Counted from the stretch's first letter, positions 27,476 to 37,346 are shown. The stretch is DNA of 64,000 bases from an uncultured Collinsella sp. (GCA_905200715.1 CAJKLK010000007.1:21040-85039), one strand, 5' to 3'. Notes: generated from the letters alone by a model not told the origin. A program made the numbers and translations.

Positions 27476-27544
27476 AAGTTGCGGTGAAATAGGGACTGTT
27501 TTGCGACTTTAGCTGCATAAACAGTCCCTATTTCACCGCAACTT
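27476..27544. repeat. REP-like palindromic element, family A, copy 2
   Basis: AAGTTGCGGTGAAATAGGGACTGTT ... AACAGTCCCTATTTCACCGCAACTT, between convergent stop codons. Confidence 0.9.
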
Positions 27545-27552
27545 AGGTGGAG

Positions 27553-28515
27553 CTAGCGGGCCGGGTGCCAGACTTCGAGGACGGCGGGAAGGATGTCCAC
27601 CTCGATGCGCGAGGCGACGATGGGCTCGCCGTCGGCCTGAATGGGGTAGTCGGGCTCCTCAAAGGTGAGCTCGGCATGGCGGCAGCGGCGCATACGAACC
27701 GGCGGCAGCTTGGTATGGTGGCCGTCCTTGGCCGAAAGGAACATGGGCAAGGCAACCGCACGGGGAACGGGGCCGCAGGCGTAACAAACGTCGAGGATGC
27801 CATCGCACGGGTCGGCGTCGGGACAGATGCGATAGCCCGAACCATAGGTGGGCCCCAGCTGGATGGCCATGATAATCGCGCGCACACGCTCGGCGGGCGC
27901 GCCATCAAAGCTGATGGTCATGGGGTAGTTGCGGTAGCGCAGACCAAACTGCTCCAGACCCGAGAGGGTGTAGAGCGGAGCGCCAGCGAGGCCCGTCTTT
28001 TTGCGCAGCTCGGTGGTGCCCAGGCCGATGGCGGCGTCAATACCGACGGAGAGCGTCTGGTCGTAGTACTCAACGGTAGCCTCGCCGCTGCCGCTTGCGG
28101 GGTTCCATGAGCGAATCCGCCCGATGTCCTGACGCTGCAGCTCACAGGTGAGCAGCGCGCCAAAATCTTTGCCGGAGAAATCTTCGATACCGAGGGTCTG
28201 GGCAAAATCATTGCCGGAGCCCACGGGCAGGACGGCAAGCGCCGGTCGAACCGTCTCTTCTTGCGCCATCAAGCCATTGACGACCTCGTGGATCACACCG
28301 TCGCCGCCGAGTGCGATAACCGTGCGGTAGCCCTGGGCCTGTGCGGCAAGCTCCTTGGCGTGCCCCGTGCGTTCGGTCAGCACCAGGTCAAACTGGGATG
28401 CGCGCGCGGTCATATCCAAAAAGCGTTGCAGGCGCTCAGCGACCTCGCGCGCCGCGCCCGACTGGGCGGCGGGGTTGGCGATGATGAGCGTGCGACCAAA
28501 ATCAGTTGCGTGCAT
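27553..28515 (-). CDS. diacylglycerol kinase family lipid kinase (YegS/BmrU-like)
   Basis: LIIANPAAQSG N-terminus and the ALGGDGVIHEVVNGL motif. Confidence 0.8.
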   Translation of the reverse strand: MHATDFGRTLIIANPAAQSGAAREVAERLQRFLDMTARASQFDLVLTERTGHAKELAAQAQGYRTVIALGGDGVIHEVVNGLMAQEETVRPALAVLPVGSGNDFAQTLGIEDFSGKDFGALLTCELQRQDIGRIRSWNPASGSGEATVEYYDQTLSVGIDAAIGLGTTELRKKTGLAGAPLYTLSGLEQFGLRYRNYPMTISFDGAPAERVRAIIMAIQLGPTYGSGYRICPDADPCDGILDVCYACGPVPRAVALPMFLSAKDGHHTKLPPVRMRRCRHAELTFEEPDYPIQADGEPIVASRIEVDILPAVLEVWHPAR

Positions 28516-28602
28516 GGGGCGACTCCCGGCGTATGACGTGACGGTGCGGTCGCGCTCAGGTCGAATTGCCCCCGATTGTGGCTGCACAGCGAATACTAAC
28601 GT

Positions 28603-30024
28603 CTACTCTATCAGGTCGTTGTGGCGCTCGATAGCCTCCGCTACCGTACCGCCCTCATCCACAATAAGCGAACGGCGCTTGGGTGAGATGATGCGCTGGG
28701 CGGGGTACACGCCGCGGTGTCCGCCGGTTAGATAGCTGATAAAGGCCACGATGACAAAGAACCCGGCGGCCGTGCCGTGGAACAGGTCGATGGCCATCAT
28801 GCAGGTGGTGATGGGCACGTTGAGGCCGGCGCAGAACACGCCGAGCATGCCGAGAGCCGCTAGAAAACTGGGGTCGAGCCCGGTAAGGCAACCGATCCAG
28901 CCACCGAGTGCCGCACCGATGCCAAACAGGGGCGTGACCTCGCCGCCTTGGAAGCCTGCGCCCAGGGTAAGCGCTGTGACGACCAACTTGATGGCTGCGT
29001 CCGCCAGGGTGGTGTTGCCAGCAAATCCGGCGCCGGAAAGCCACGTGGAAAGGCCGGCGTAGCCCCAGGCGTCGAGGAGGGCATAGGCGGCCAAAACCAC
29101 GAGTGCGCCTATAAGTGCGCGAACGAGGTAATTGGTGATAAAGCGACCGTACAGGCTTTTGACGGTTCGAACCGACCAGGCAAAGAGGCGTGCCGTCAGG
29201 CCGAAGATAATTGCGCTGATAACAACGATGACAACCGTCCGTGGCGTCATGTCGGGGACGCTGGCGATAACATTCGCCTCATACTCGGTACCCAGGGCAA
29301 GCGACGTAAAGTAGCCGGTAAACGAGGCGACCAGGCAGTAGATGCCCGCAGTGTAGTCGATCTTTCCGATAAAGCACATCTCCATGCCAAAGAACGCGCC
29401 GGCAAGGGGCGAGCCGAACACGGCACCAAAGGCGGATGAGATGCCGGCGAGCATGAGGTCGTGGTGATCATGCTTTTTGAGGTGGGCGAGGCTCGAGATG
29501 TTGCTGGCGATGGTGCCGCCAATCTGCACCGCGGCTCCCTCGCGACCGGCCGACCCGCCCGTGAGATGCGTGAGCGTGGAGCAGACGAAGGTGAGGACGG
29601 CCATGCGCATATGGATGAGGCGTGTGCCCAGAGCGGAGTCGATGACCAGGTTGTTTCCGCGTTTGGCGGCAAGACCGTGGTTTTTGTACACCCATGCGGT
29701 GGCAACGCCCACAACGGGAAGCAGCGCGTAAATCCACGCATGGTGCTCGCGATAGTCGGTCGCGATATTCAGCGAGGCCAAAAACGCCCAAGCGGCAACG
29801 CCCATGGCGAGCGAGACGATGACGACGAGCACGAGCAACTTGGCGCTCGCGATTAGGTTGCGAGCGTTGCGGCGCGTGTCGGCAGCCAAGAGATGCTCGG
29901 AGCGGGTGAGCTGTTGCCTGCCTGCCATGATGACGTCATTAAGGGAGAAAAAGCCGCCGTCGTCGAGTGGCTGGGAATGATCCTGCGCCTCGTTTGCGCT
30001 TTCGGGTTTGTCGTTATGAGCCAT
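28603..30024 (-). CDS. ClC family voltage-gated chloride channel/antiporter
   Basis: GSAGREGA and GGEVTPLFGIGA selectivity-filter-like blocks, many TM segments. Start at MAHNDKP behind AAAGAGGAA. Confidence 0.85.
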   Translation of the reverse strand: MAHNDKPESANEAQDHSQPLDDGGFFSLNDVIMAGRQQLTRSEHLLAADTRRNARNLIASAKLLVLVVIVSLAMGVAAWAFLASLNIATDYREHHAWIYALLPVVGVATAWVYKNHGLAAKRGNNLVIDSALGTRLIHMRMAVLTFVCSTLTHLTGGSAGREGAAVQIGGTIASNISSLAHLKKHDHHDLMLAGISSAFGAVFGSPLAGAFFGMEMCFIGKIDYTAGIYCLVASFTGYFTSLALGTEYEANVIASVPDMTPRTVVIVVISAIIFGLTARLFAWSVRTVKSLYGRFITNYLVRALIGALVVLAAYALLDAWGYAGLSTWLSGAGFAGNTTLADAAIKLVVTALTLGAGFQGGEVTPLFGIGAALGGWIGCLTGLDPSFLAALGMLGVFCAGLNVPITTCMMAIDLFHGTAAGFFVIVAFISYLTGGHRGVYPAQRIISPKRRSLIVDEGGTVAEAIERHNDLIE

Positions 30025-30233
30025 ACGTTCCTCTTTTAGGTTGCAACGCAAGCATTATAAAACGCGGTAAACGCGACGAGTCGGTGGGTTGGTTTCCATT
30101 CTGTTTCGCGGCCTGCAACCGACAGGTGTATTTGCGGGTACAGGCCGAGTCGTGGTCGTGCGTCGGGGATTATACTGAGACAAGCATAAAGAATCGGCGC
30201 TCCTGTTGTGCGTCGTGGCATTAAGAGGTGCAT

Positions 30234-31496
30234 ATGGCAGAGAAACTCATTCCGCTGGAGGACGCGCAGTCGATTGTTCTGTCGAACGTTGCTCCGACCG
30301 ATCTGGTCGAGATTCCCGTGTGGCAGGCGGCTGGTTTTCCCTTGGCCGAGGATGCTGTGGCCGATATCGACATTTCGCCGTTTGCCAACAGCGCCATGGA
30401 TGGATATGCCGTGCGTGCCGTCGACCTCGCCAAAGCGTCCACCGATGCGCCCGTGACGCTTTCCGTCGTGGGGCACGAGGCCGCAGGCCATGTGTTCGAT
30501 GGCTTTATTGCCCCGGGCGAGACGGTCCGCATCATGACGGGCGCGCCGGTACCCGAAGGTGCCGATGCCGTGGTGAAATACGAGATCGTCGATGTGCTTG
30601 ACGGCGACGGCAACGAGGGCTCGCACGTGAGCTTCTCGACGCCTGCCAAGGTGGGGGAGAACGTTCGCTCTGCCGCCGAGGAGGCCCATGCCGGCGATGT
30701 CGTGATGCGCGCCGGCGAGGTTGTGGCCCCGGCGGGCGCGGGTCTGCTGGCAAGCGCCGGATACGCGAGCGTGAAGGTCCATGCCGCCCCACGTGTGGGC
30801 ATTATCTCGCTGGGCACGGAGCTGGTCGCACCGAGTGAGCTGCCGGCGCGCGGGCAGATTCGCGACTCCAACTCGTCGGCATTAATGGCCGAAGCACTCG
30901 ATACCGGCGCCGAGCCCGTGTTCTACGGCATTGCGCCCGATGATGAGCAGGCGATTGCCGAGCTTGTGCATCGCGCGGTGCAAGAGTGCGATTTTGTCAT
31001 TACGAGCGGCGGCGCCTCTGCGGGCGATTACGACTATGTGACGGCACTTGTCCGGCGCGAGGGCGAGGTGCTGTTCGATCGCATCTCGATGCGTCCGGGC
31101 AAGGCCATCACGTTTGGTTTGCTCGGGGGTAAGCCCTACCTGGGGCTTTCAGGTAATCCGGCCGCGGCGTATGTGGGCTTTGAAATGCTTGCTCGCCCCG
31201 CGATCCGCAAGATGCGTGGTTTTGCCGAGGGGGCGCGTCCCGTGCAGCGAGCGGCTCTTACCCACGGTGTGAAAAAGCGCCAGGACCGACGCTTCTTCGA
31301 TCGCGCCACGGTTTTGCGCGACCCCGAGACCGGTGAGCTGTTGGTGACCGAGGCCAAGACGCAGAATTCGGCGCTGCTCGGCACGTTGCAGCGGGCCAAC
31401 TGTCTGCTGCGTATTGACGAAGGGCCGTGTGAGCTCAAGGCGGGCGACGTCGTGGACGTTGTGCGTGTCGACCTGCCTGAGGGAACGGTGCTATAG
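30234..31496 (+). CDS. moeA: molybdopterin molybdotransferase
   Basis: MoeA architecture. SPFANSAMDGYAV block and the central MoCF_biosynth domain (ITSGGASAGDYD). Confidence 0.9.
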   Translation: MAEKLIPLEDAQSIVLSNVAPTDLVEIPVWQAAGFPLAEDAVADIDISPFANSAMDGYAVRAVDLAKASTDAPVTLSVVGHEAAGHVFDGFIAPGETVRIMTGAPVPEGADAVVKYEIVDVLDGDGNEGSHVSFSTPAKVGENVRSAAEEAHAGDVVMRAGEVVAPAGAGLLASAGYASVKVHAAPRVGIISLGTELVAPSELPARGQIRDSNSSALMAEALDTGAEPVFYGIAPDDEQAIAELVHRAVQECDFVITSGGASAGDYDYVTALVRREGEVLFDRISMRPGKAITFGLLGGKPYLGLSGNPAAAYVGFEMLARPAIRKMRGFAEGARPVQRAALTHGVKKRQDRRFFDRATVLRDPETGELLVTEAKTQNSALLGTLQRANCLLRIDEGPCELKAGDVVDVVRVDLPEGTVL

Positions 31497-31506
31497 GAGG
31501 ATCGCT

Positions 31507-31986
31507 ATGGAGTTGAAGATTTCGATCGTGACGTGCTCGGATACGCGCGACCTTGCCCAGGACGAGGCTGGAGCCGCACTCGAGGAACTTATCGAGGCGC
31601 AGGGCTGGACGGTCGCCTCACATGTGGTCGTGCGTGACGATGTCAGCGAGATTGGTGATGCCATTGTGGAAGCCGCCGATGAGTGCCACGCCAATGTCGT
31701 GCTCACCTGCGGCGGCACGGGGCTTTCGATGCGCGATGTGACGCCCGAGGCGACGCGTGCCGTTTGCGACCGCGATGTGCCGGGTATTGCAGAGGCGATT
31801 CGCGCGTACTCCATGACCAAGACGCGCCGCGCCATGCTCTCGCGCGCTATTTGCATGCAACGAGGTCATACACTTGTCGTAAACTTTCCCGGTTCTACGA
31901 AGGCCGCCCGCGAAAGCTGGGAGGCCATAGCGGACCAGCTGGAGCATGCGGCTCAGATGACTGCGGGCGGCGGACATACCAACTAA
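31507..31986 (+). CDS. mog: MogA/MoaB family molybdenum cofactor biosynthesis protein
   Basis: LTCGGTGLSMRDVTPEA motif, 159 aa. Confidence 0.85.
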   Translation: MELKISIVTCSDTRDLAQDEAGAALEELIEAQGWTVASHVVVRDDVSEIGDAIVEAADECHANVVLTCGGTGLSMRDVTPEATRAVCDRDVPGIAEAIRAYSMTKTRRAMLSRAICMQRGHTLVVNFPGSTKAARESWEAIADQLEHAAQMTAGGGHTN

Positions 31987-32189
31987 GCGGTTCACCTGCG
32001 GCGGGGCGACCTGAACGGCTGCTCCGCTTTTGTTTTCCGCCGAATCGACGCCGAGGTGTACGGTAAATCGAAACTATATTCTCTGGCGAGAATAATTTCT
32101 CACTATCATTATTCGCGCAAAAGTATAATCTGATTGCAGATTAAAGCCCGCGGTGGGGTACCCGGGCACAAGGTCCGAAAGGGTTGAAT

Positions 32190-33062
32190 ATGTTCGATAT
32201 GGTTTCTCGCCGTGAGTTCGTCTCACTTTCTGCTGCCGCTGCCGGCCTTGGCCTTGCTGGCTGCTCGGGCAACAAGACGTCCGAGCCCGCTGGTTCCGAT
32301 GCCGGCTCCGCCAAGGCCTCTTCCAAGAAGGAAACCGTCGAGCTTCAGGTCTTTGCTGCCAACTCGCTCGAGAAGGCCCTGCCCGCGGTCCAGAAGCTCT
32401 ACACCGACCAGACCGGCACCACCTTTGCCGACACGCAGTTTAAGGCCTCCGGCGACCTCGTCGAGCAGGTGCGTGCCGGCGCCGCGGTCGATGTGCTTAT
32501 TACCGCTTCCAAGGGCACCATGGATGACGCTGAGACCGTCGAGCTCGTCGACACCGACACCCGTGAGGATATGTTCGTCAACGACCTCGTGATCATTCGC
32601 GCTGAGGGCTCCGACACCAAAATCGAGGCCATCGCCGACGTCGCGGATCTGGACGGCAAGATCGCCATCGGCGACGCCAAGACCGTTCCCGCCGGCAAGT
32701 ACGCCAACCAGGCGCTGGCTTCCGTGGGCCTCTACACCGGCACCGAGGGCGACGACGGCGAGTATGCGCCCGAGATCGTCGATAAGGTAGCGCTGGCCGA
32801 CAAAGTTGGAACCGCCGCCGCCTACGTGTCCACAGGTGACTGCGTGGCAGGTTTTGTCTACAGCTCCGATATCTTCCGCTACGACGGCATCGAGGAGGCC
32901 TTCGTGTGCCCCGAGGACTCACATAAGCCCATCGTGTACCCGGGCGCCGTTGCCGAGAGCTCCGAGCACGCCGACGAAGCCAAGGCGTTCATCGACTTTT
33001 GCCTGTCCAACAAGAAGGCGCAGAAGATTTGGGCGAAGTACGGCTTTGAGCTTTCCGCGTAG
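32190..33062 (+). CDS. modA: molybdate ABC transporter substrate-binding lipoprotein
   Basis: SRREFV Tat-like motif plus LAGC lipobox. ModA-like body (VFAANSLEKAL...FKASGDL). Start ambiguous: 32184, 32190 or 32199. Confidence 0.85.
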   Translation: MFDMVSRREFVSLSAAAAGLGLAGCSGNKTSEPAGSDAGSAKASSKKETVELQVFAANSLEKALPAVQKLYTDQTGTTFADTQFKASGDLVEQVRAGAAVDVLITASKGTMDDAETVELVDTDTREDMFVNDLVIIRAEGSDTKIEAIADVADLDGKIAIGDAKTVPAGKYANQALASVGLYTGTEGDDGEYAPEIVDKVALADKVGTAAAYVSTGDCVAGFVYSSDIFRYDGIEEAFVCPEDSHKPIVYPGAVAESSEHADEAKAFIDFCLSNKKAQKIWAKYGFELSA

Positions 33063-33130
33063 TGCGGCTTGGCGCGATAATTCCATCGTTTTGTGTTTCA
33101 CTCCGTCCTTGAATTCGCTTGGAGCTTTTC

Positions 33131-34573
33131 GTGCTTAATAGATTCCGCATGCTTGTCGCCTGTGCTTTGACCTTCGCGCTTTGCTGGGTGCCGGGATTTG
33201 CGTTTGCTGGGGACGCTGAGGACGGGGCCCAGGTTGCTGCGACCGCTCATGGGCTTTCCTATGGGATCGAGGGTTTTGAGCGGTTGGCCAAGGGGACCGC
33301 TCGTGCCATGGAGGGCCAGCCTGAGGGCTACCGGTTTCCCGTTGACGAGGACGTGGACCTTGTAGTGGCGCCTGCTGCCGATCGCGTTGTGGTGTGGATA
33401 TCGCCCAAGGCGGTCGAGAAGTATGGATTGGATCTGCAGGACAACGAGTGCGTATCGGGTCTCAAGGCCCTCGTCTGTAAGCTCGACAGCGCAAATTGCA
33501 TGGGAGGTGCGCAGCTGGGGGACGTGGATCTTCCTTGGTATGTCACGGCGGAAACAACGTTTGATGCCGGCGGGTATACCTATGGCTTTGACGAGCGCGG
33601 TGCGGATGGGGACCGCTATGTGGTGATTGCATCAGCCTCGGGTGATGCCAAGGGCGGTGCGCGTTGGCTTGATAGCGCTCAAATGGTTGAAGCATCGTCT
33701 GTCGTGTTGCGGGATGAGCAGGGGCCCTTGACCTCTCTGGCTTCCTTTTTGGGCGACATCGACTATCGCCCGTTTTGGGTGTCCATTAAAACGAGTGGCC
33801 TTGCCCTGCTGATCTCCTTTGCGCTGGGCCTGTTCGCCGCGTGGAAGACTATGGGTACCTCGAGTCGCGTCAAGGGCCTGCTCGATTCGGTCTTTACGAT
33901 TCCTATGGTGCTGCCGCCCACGGTCTGCGGTTTTCTGCTCCTCATGCTGTTTGGCCGCTCGACCGGGGTGGGCCAGTGGCTCATCGCGCACGGCATCTCG
34001 ATCGTCTTTACCTGGCCCGCGGCGGTCATTTCGGCCGTCGTCGTGTCGTTTCCTCTGGTCTACCGCACGGCACTTGGCGCCTTCGAGAGCCTCGACACGC
34101 AGATGCTCGATGCGGCGCGCACGCTGGGCTGGTCCGAGCGTCGCATCTTTACCAAGCTTATGATGCCGCTTGGCTGGCCCTCGATTGCCGCCGGCACGGT
34201 GCTCGCCTTCGCGCGTGCCATGGGTGAGTTTGGCTGCACCCTGTTCTTTGCGGGCAACTACGCCGGCATTACCCAGACCATTCCCATCGCCATCTACTTT
34301 GAGTGGATGGGCGGCAACACGTCGGTGGCCCTCTTTTGGGTCGTGGTCGTAATAGCGTTCAGCTTCCTGGTCATCCTGTTCATCAACATGTACACGGCGC
34401 ATTCGCAAAAGTATCGCGAGCGCGGCCTGTCCCGCGCGGAGCGCAAGCAGGCCAAGCAGCTGGGCGGCCAGACCGATTCGCTTGATCCAGTCGGCGGCGA
34501 TGCGCTGCGTATCGATCGCGAGGCATTGGCCGAGCTTATGCGCGATGACACGGTCGCAAAGGGAGGTCGATAA
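33131..34573 (+). CDS. modB: molybdate ABC transporter permease fused to an N-terminal extracytoplasmic domain of about 190 aa
   Basis: C-terminal half has the ModB/CysTW EAA region (LDAARTLGWSERRIFTKLMMP). The N-terminus has a signal-like segment MLVACALTFALCWVPGFAFA, then an unassigned domain. GTG 33131 sits behind GGAG. Confidence 0.8.
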   Translation: MLNRFRMLVACALTFALCWVPGFAFAGDAEDGAQVAATAHGLSYGIEGFERLAKGTARAMEGQPEGYRFPVDEDVDLVVAPAADRVVVWISPKAVEKYGLDLQDNECVSGLKALVCKLDSANCMGGAQLGDVDLPWYVTAETTFDAGGYTYGFDERGADGDRYVVIASASGDAKGGARWLDSAQMVEASSVVLRDEQGPLTSLASFLGDIDYRPFWVSIKTSGLALLISFALGLFAAWKTMGTSSRVKGLLDSVFTIPMVLPPTVCGFLLLMLFGRSTGVGQWLIAHGISIVFTWPAAVISAVVVSFPLVYRTALGAFESLDTQMLDAARTLGWSERRIFTKLMMPLGWPSIAAGTVLAFARAMGEFGCTLFFAGNYAGITQTIPIAIYFEWMGGNTSVALFWVVVVIAFSFLVILFINMYTAHSQKYRERGLSRAERKQAKQLGGQTDSLDPVGGDALRIDREALAELMRDDTVAKGGR

Positions 34574-34576
34574 GCC

Positions 34577-35647
34577 ATGTCGCTCGTTCTGGATATCAAA
34601 AAACGCTATCCCGGCTTTACCCTCGACATGCAGCTTGAGGCCGGCGAGGAGCGTGTGGCGCTGCTGGGTGCCTCGGGTTGCGGCAAGAGCTGCACGTTGC
34701 GCTGCATTGCCGGCGTGGAGACACCCGACGAGGGCAAGATCGTCGTCAACGGTGTGACCTTTTATGACTCGTCGGCGGGCATCAACCTGTCGCCCCAGGA
34801 GCGTAAATGCGCCCTGCTGTTCCAAAACTATCAACTGTTTCCCAACATGACGGTGACCGATAACGTGTGCGCCGGCGTTGAGGGTGCAGGCGACGCCGCG
34901 GCGCGTAAAAAACTTGCCGAGCGTTACCTGGGCATCTTTGGTCTGGCCGATTTTGCCGACCGCTATCCCGCGCGTCTCTCGGGCGGCCAGCAGCAGCGTG
35001 TGGCGCTTGCCCGCATGGTGGCGGCGCATCCCGGCATCTTTATGTTCGATGAGCCCATGAGTGCGCTCGATGCGTACCTCAAGAGCGCGCTTGAGCAGAA
35101 CATGCTTGACCTGTTCGACGTATGCAAACGCACCGTGCTCTACGTGAGTCACGATATCGACGAGGCGTGCCGTCTGTGCGAGCGCATCTGCGTTATGCAT
35201 AACGGGCATGTGGAGGAGATAGGCTCTGTCGAGGACGTGGTCCGCCGTCCGCAGACGCTGGCGGCACTGCGCCTGACAGGCTGCAAGAACACAAGCCGTG
35301 CGCGCAAGATTGGGCCTCAGGAAGTTGAGGCCCTCGACTGGGGCATGACCTTTAACGTGGGTCGCGAGGTTCCCGATAACGTGGCGTATCTGGGCATTCG
35401 AGCAAGCTACTTCCATGTTGACAACCGTGCTGAGCGGGGCCGCAACAGCTATGATTTGCATGTGGCCCGTGTGAGCGATTCGCGCTTTGAGCGGCTGGTG
35501 CTGCTGGACGTGCCGCGGGCCGACGCGCCGACGCGCCTGCAGTGGAAGGTCAACAAAGTGGGCATGCCTGTCGACGAGCTGCCACAAGCAGGCGAGACGC
35601 TGCGCATGCATTTTGATGCCAGCAGGATCCATTTGGTTTGTCGATAG
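34577..35647 (+). CDS. modC: molybdate ABC transporter ATP-binding protein with C-terminal TOBE-like domain
   Basis: Walker A GASGCGKS, signature LSGGQQQRV, Walker B FMFDEP, and a C-terminal extension of about 120 aa. Confidence 0.85.
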   Translation: MSLVLDIKKRYPGFTLDMQLEAGEERVALLGASGCGKSCTLRCIAGVETPDEGKIVVNGVTFYDSSAGINLSPQERKCALLFQNYQLFPNMTVTDNVCAGVEGAGDAAARKKLAERYLGIFGLADFADRYPARLSGGQQQRVALARMVAAHPGIFMFDEPMSALDAYLKSALEQNMLDLFDVCKRTVLYVSHDIDEACRLCERICVMHNGHVEEIGSVEDVVRRPQTLAALRLTGCKNTSRARKIGPQEVEALDWGMTFNVGREVPDNVAYLGIRASYFHVDNRAERGRNSYDLHVARVSDSRFERLVLLDVPRADAPTRLQWKVNKVGMPVDELPQAGETLRMHFDASRIHLVCR

Positions 35648-36019
35648 CGCGGGGTAATGCCGTCGGGGATATAAGCCTCGGCGGCTTTGTTTTTGCCGTT
35701 CGCCGAATGAGAGATGGCAAACCCTTATCAATCAAAAGAATTATTTATTAAACGACGGCACACGACGCTGTCGTACGAATGTCAACGGTGTTCGCATAGT
35801 CGATGACCGTTGATATAGTTGATCTCAACTTGTAAAGGAGGGTGCGCGCATGCCGCATACGACATACATTCGCCGCGTTGCCGCGCGTGCCCTGTATATG
35901 GCTCGGAGTCGCATATGAGCAGGTATGTTCACGGCTCCGGGAGAGACGACGCTCAACTAAATAGTCAACCGCAAAGCAGGTTCCCCAAAATTCCGGGTTT
36001 AGGCGCGGCTGGGTTTTCG

Positions 36020-36226
36020 CCACCCACCGTGCAGCTCGTGTCGCACGTGGCCACTATGGCCGGGCAGGCGGCGGGCGCCCCGTACTATCTGACCGGTGGT
36101 CTGTGCGAAAACGCCTATGTCGTCGAGCGTCTGGGCGCACTGTTGGGCTCGCCGGTAGAGACCTCGCCCCTGGCCCGTTTTGCCGGTGCCATCGGTGCGG
36201 CTATTCGCGCGCAGGCACTAGGGTGA
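36020..36226 (+). pseudogene. C-terminal remnant of a BadF/BadG/BcrA/BcrD-type (HgdC-like) activase ATPase
   Basis: VSHVATMAGQAAGAPYYLTGGLCENAYVVERLGALLGSPVETSPLARFAGAIGAAIRA matches only the last 65 aa or so of the roughly 255-aa activases. Upstream there is no N-terminal ATPase part, only low-GC sequence. Confidence 0.4.
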
Positions 36227-36296
36227 TGTATCGGCCGTGGAAGCGCATTCATGCGTATACTGGGAGAAAATGATTGACCGATGAGAGGAGGTATCG

Positions 36297-37346
36297 ATGG
36301 CTGACGATCAGATGAAGCTCACGTCTATGACTGCCGCGAGCGGTTGAGCCGCTAAGTTGGCTCCTGGAGCCCTCGCCCAGGTCCTGGGCGACTTACCCAA
36401 TGTGCATAACGACAACTTGCTCGTGGGGTTCGATACCTCCGACGATGCGAGTGTCTTTCGTGTTGGCGAAAACCTGGGCCTCGTGCAGTCCGTCGACTTC
36501 TTTCCGCCGATGGTCGACGACCCGTTTCTGTTTGGCCAGATCGCGGCGGCAAACTCGCTGTCGGACATCTACGCCATGGGCGGGCGGCCGAGCCATGCTA
36601 TGAACCTGCTCTGCATCCCCAGTTGCCTGGGCGTTGAGGTTGCCGGCCAGATTCTGGCGGGCGGTGCCGACAAGTGCGTTGAGGCCGGCTGCTCCATCGC
36701 GGGCGGCCACACCATCAACGACGACGAGCCCAAGTACGGTCTGTCCGTGAGCGGTTTTGTGCCGCTCGATCGCATGCTCGCCAACAGCGGCGCACGCGTG
36801 GGCGATGTTCTGCTGCTGACCAAGGCGATTGGATCGGGCATCATCACCACGGCCATTAAGGGCGAGCTCATCGAACAGGATGACGCCAGCCCTATGTTCG
36901 ACTCGATGCGCACCCTCAACGAGGCGCCGATTCGTCTGGCCGAGGGACTTGAGCTTCACGGCTGCACCGATGTTACGGGCTTTGGCCTGATCGGGCACGC
37001 GTGCGAGATGGCCGAGGGCTCGGGCGTGCAGGTTGAGCTCGCGTCGGGAGCGGTACCGCTCTTTGATCAGGTGCTCGACATGGCGCGTCTGGGCATTATC
37101 CCCGCGGGCTCCTACCGCAACCAGGACTTCTTTGGCCCGCGTGTGACGGCTGACGACGAGCTGGAGCCGGGCATGTTGGATGCACTGTACGATCCACAGA
37201 CCTCGGGTGGCTTGCTCATCGCGGCGCCTGCTGCCGATGTGGATGAGCTCGCGCGTCGTCTGCATGCCGAGGATCGCATCGCCGCCGTTATCGGTCGCGT
37301 GTGCGAGGCGGTGCCGGGCGGTCCTGCTGTTCGCGTTGTGCATTAA
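36297..37346 (+). CDS. selD: selenide, water dikinase (selenophosphate synthetase), selenocysteine-containing
   Basis: ATG 36297 behind GAGAGGAGG. MADDQMKLTSMTAASG-TGA(36345-36347)-AAKLAPGALAQVL aligns with the SelD N-terminal Cys/Sec-x-x-K loop. The listed ORF 36357-37346 is in the same frame. Confidence 0.9.
36359..36388 (+). promoter_or_regulatory. candidate SECIS hairpins downstream of the selD UGA
   Basis: GGCTC-CTG-GAGCC (36359-36371) and CCCAG-GTC-CTGGG (36376-36388), 12-30 nt after the UGA. Which one functions, if either, is not determined. Confidence 0.3.

Noticed and set aside
30052-30233. Moco riboswitch upstream of moeA (and upstream of modA, 31987-32189)
   Set aside because: I cannot recognise the conserved Moco-motif core by eye. 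This needs an Rfam cmscan, so it is left unclaimed.
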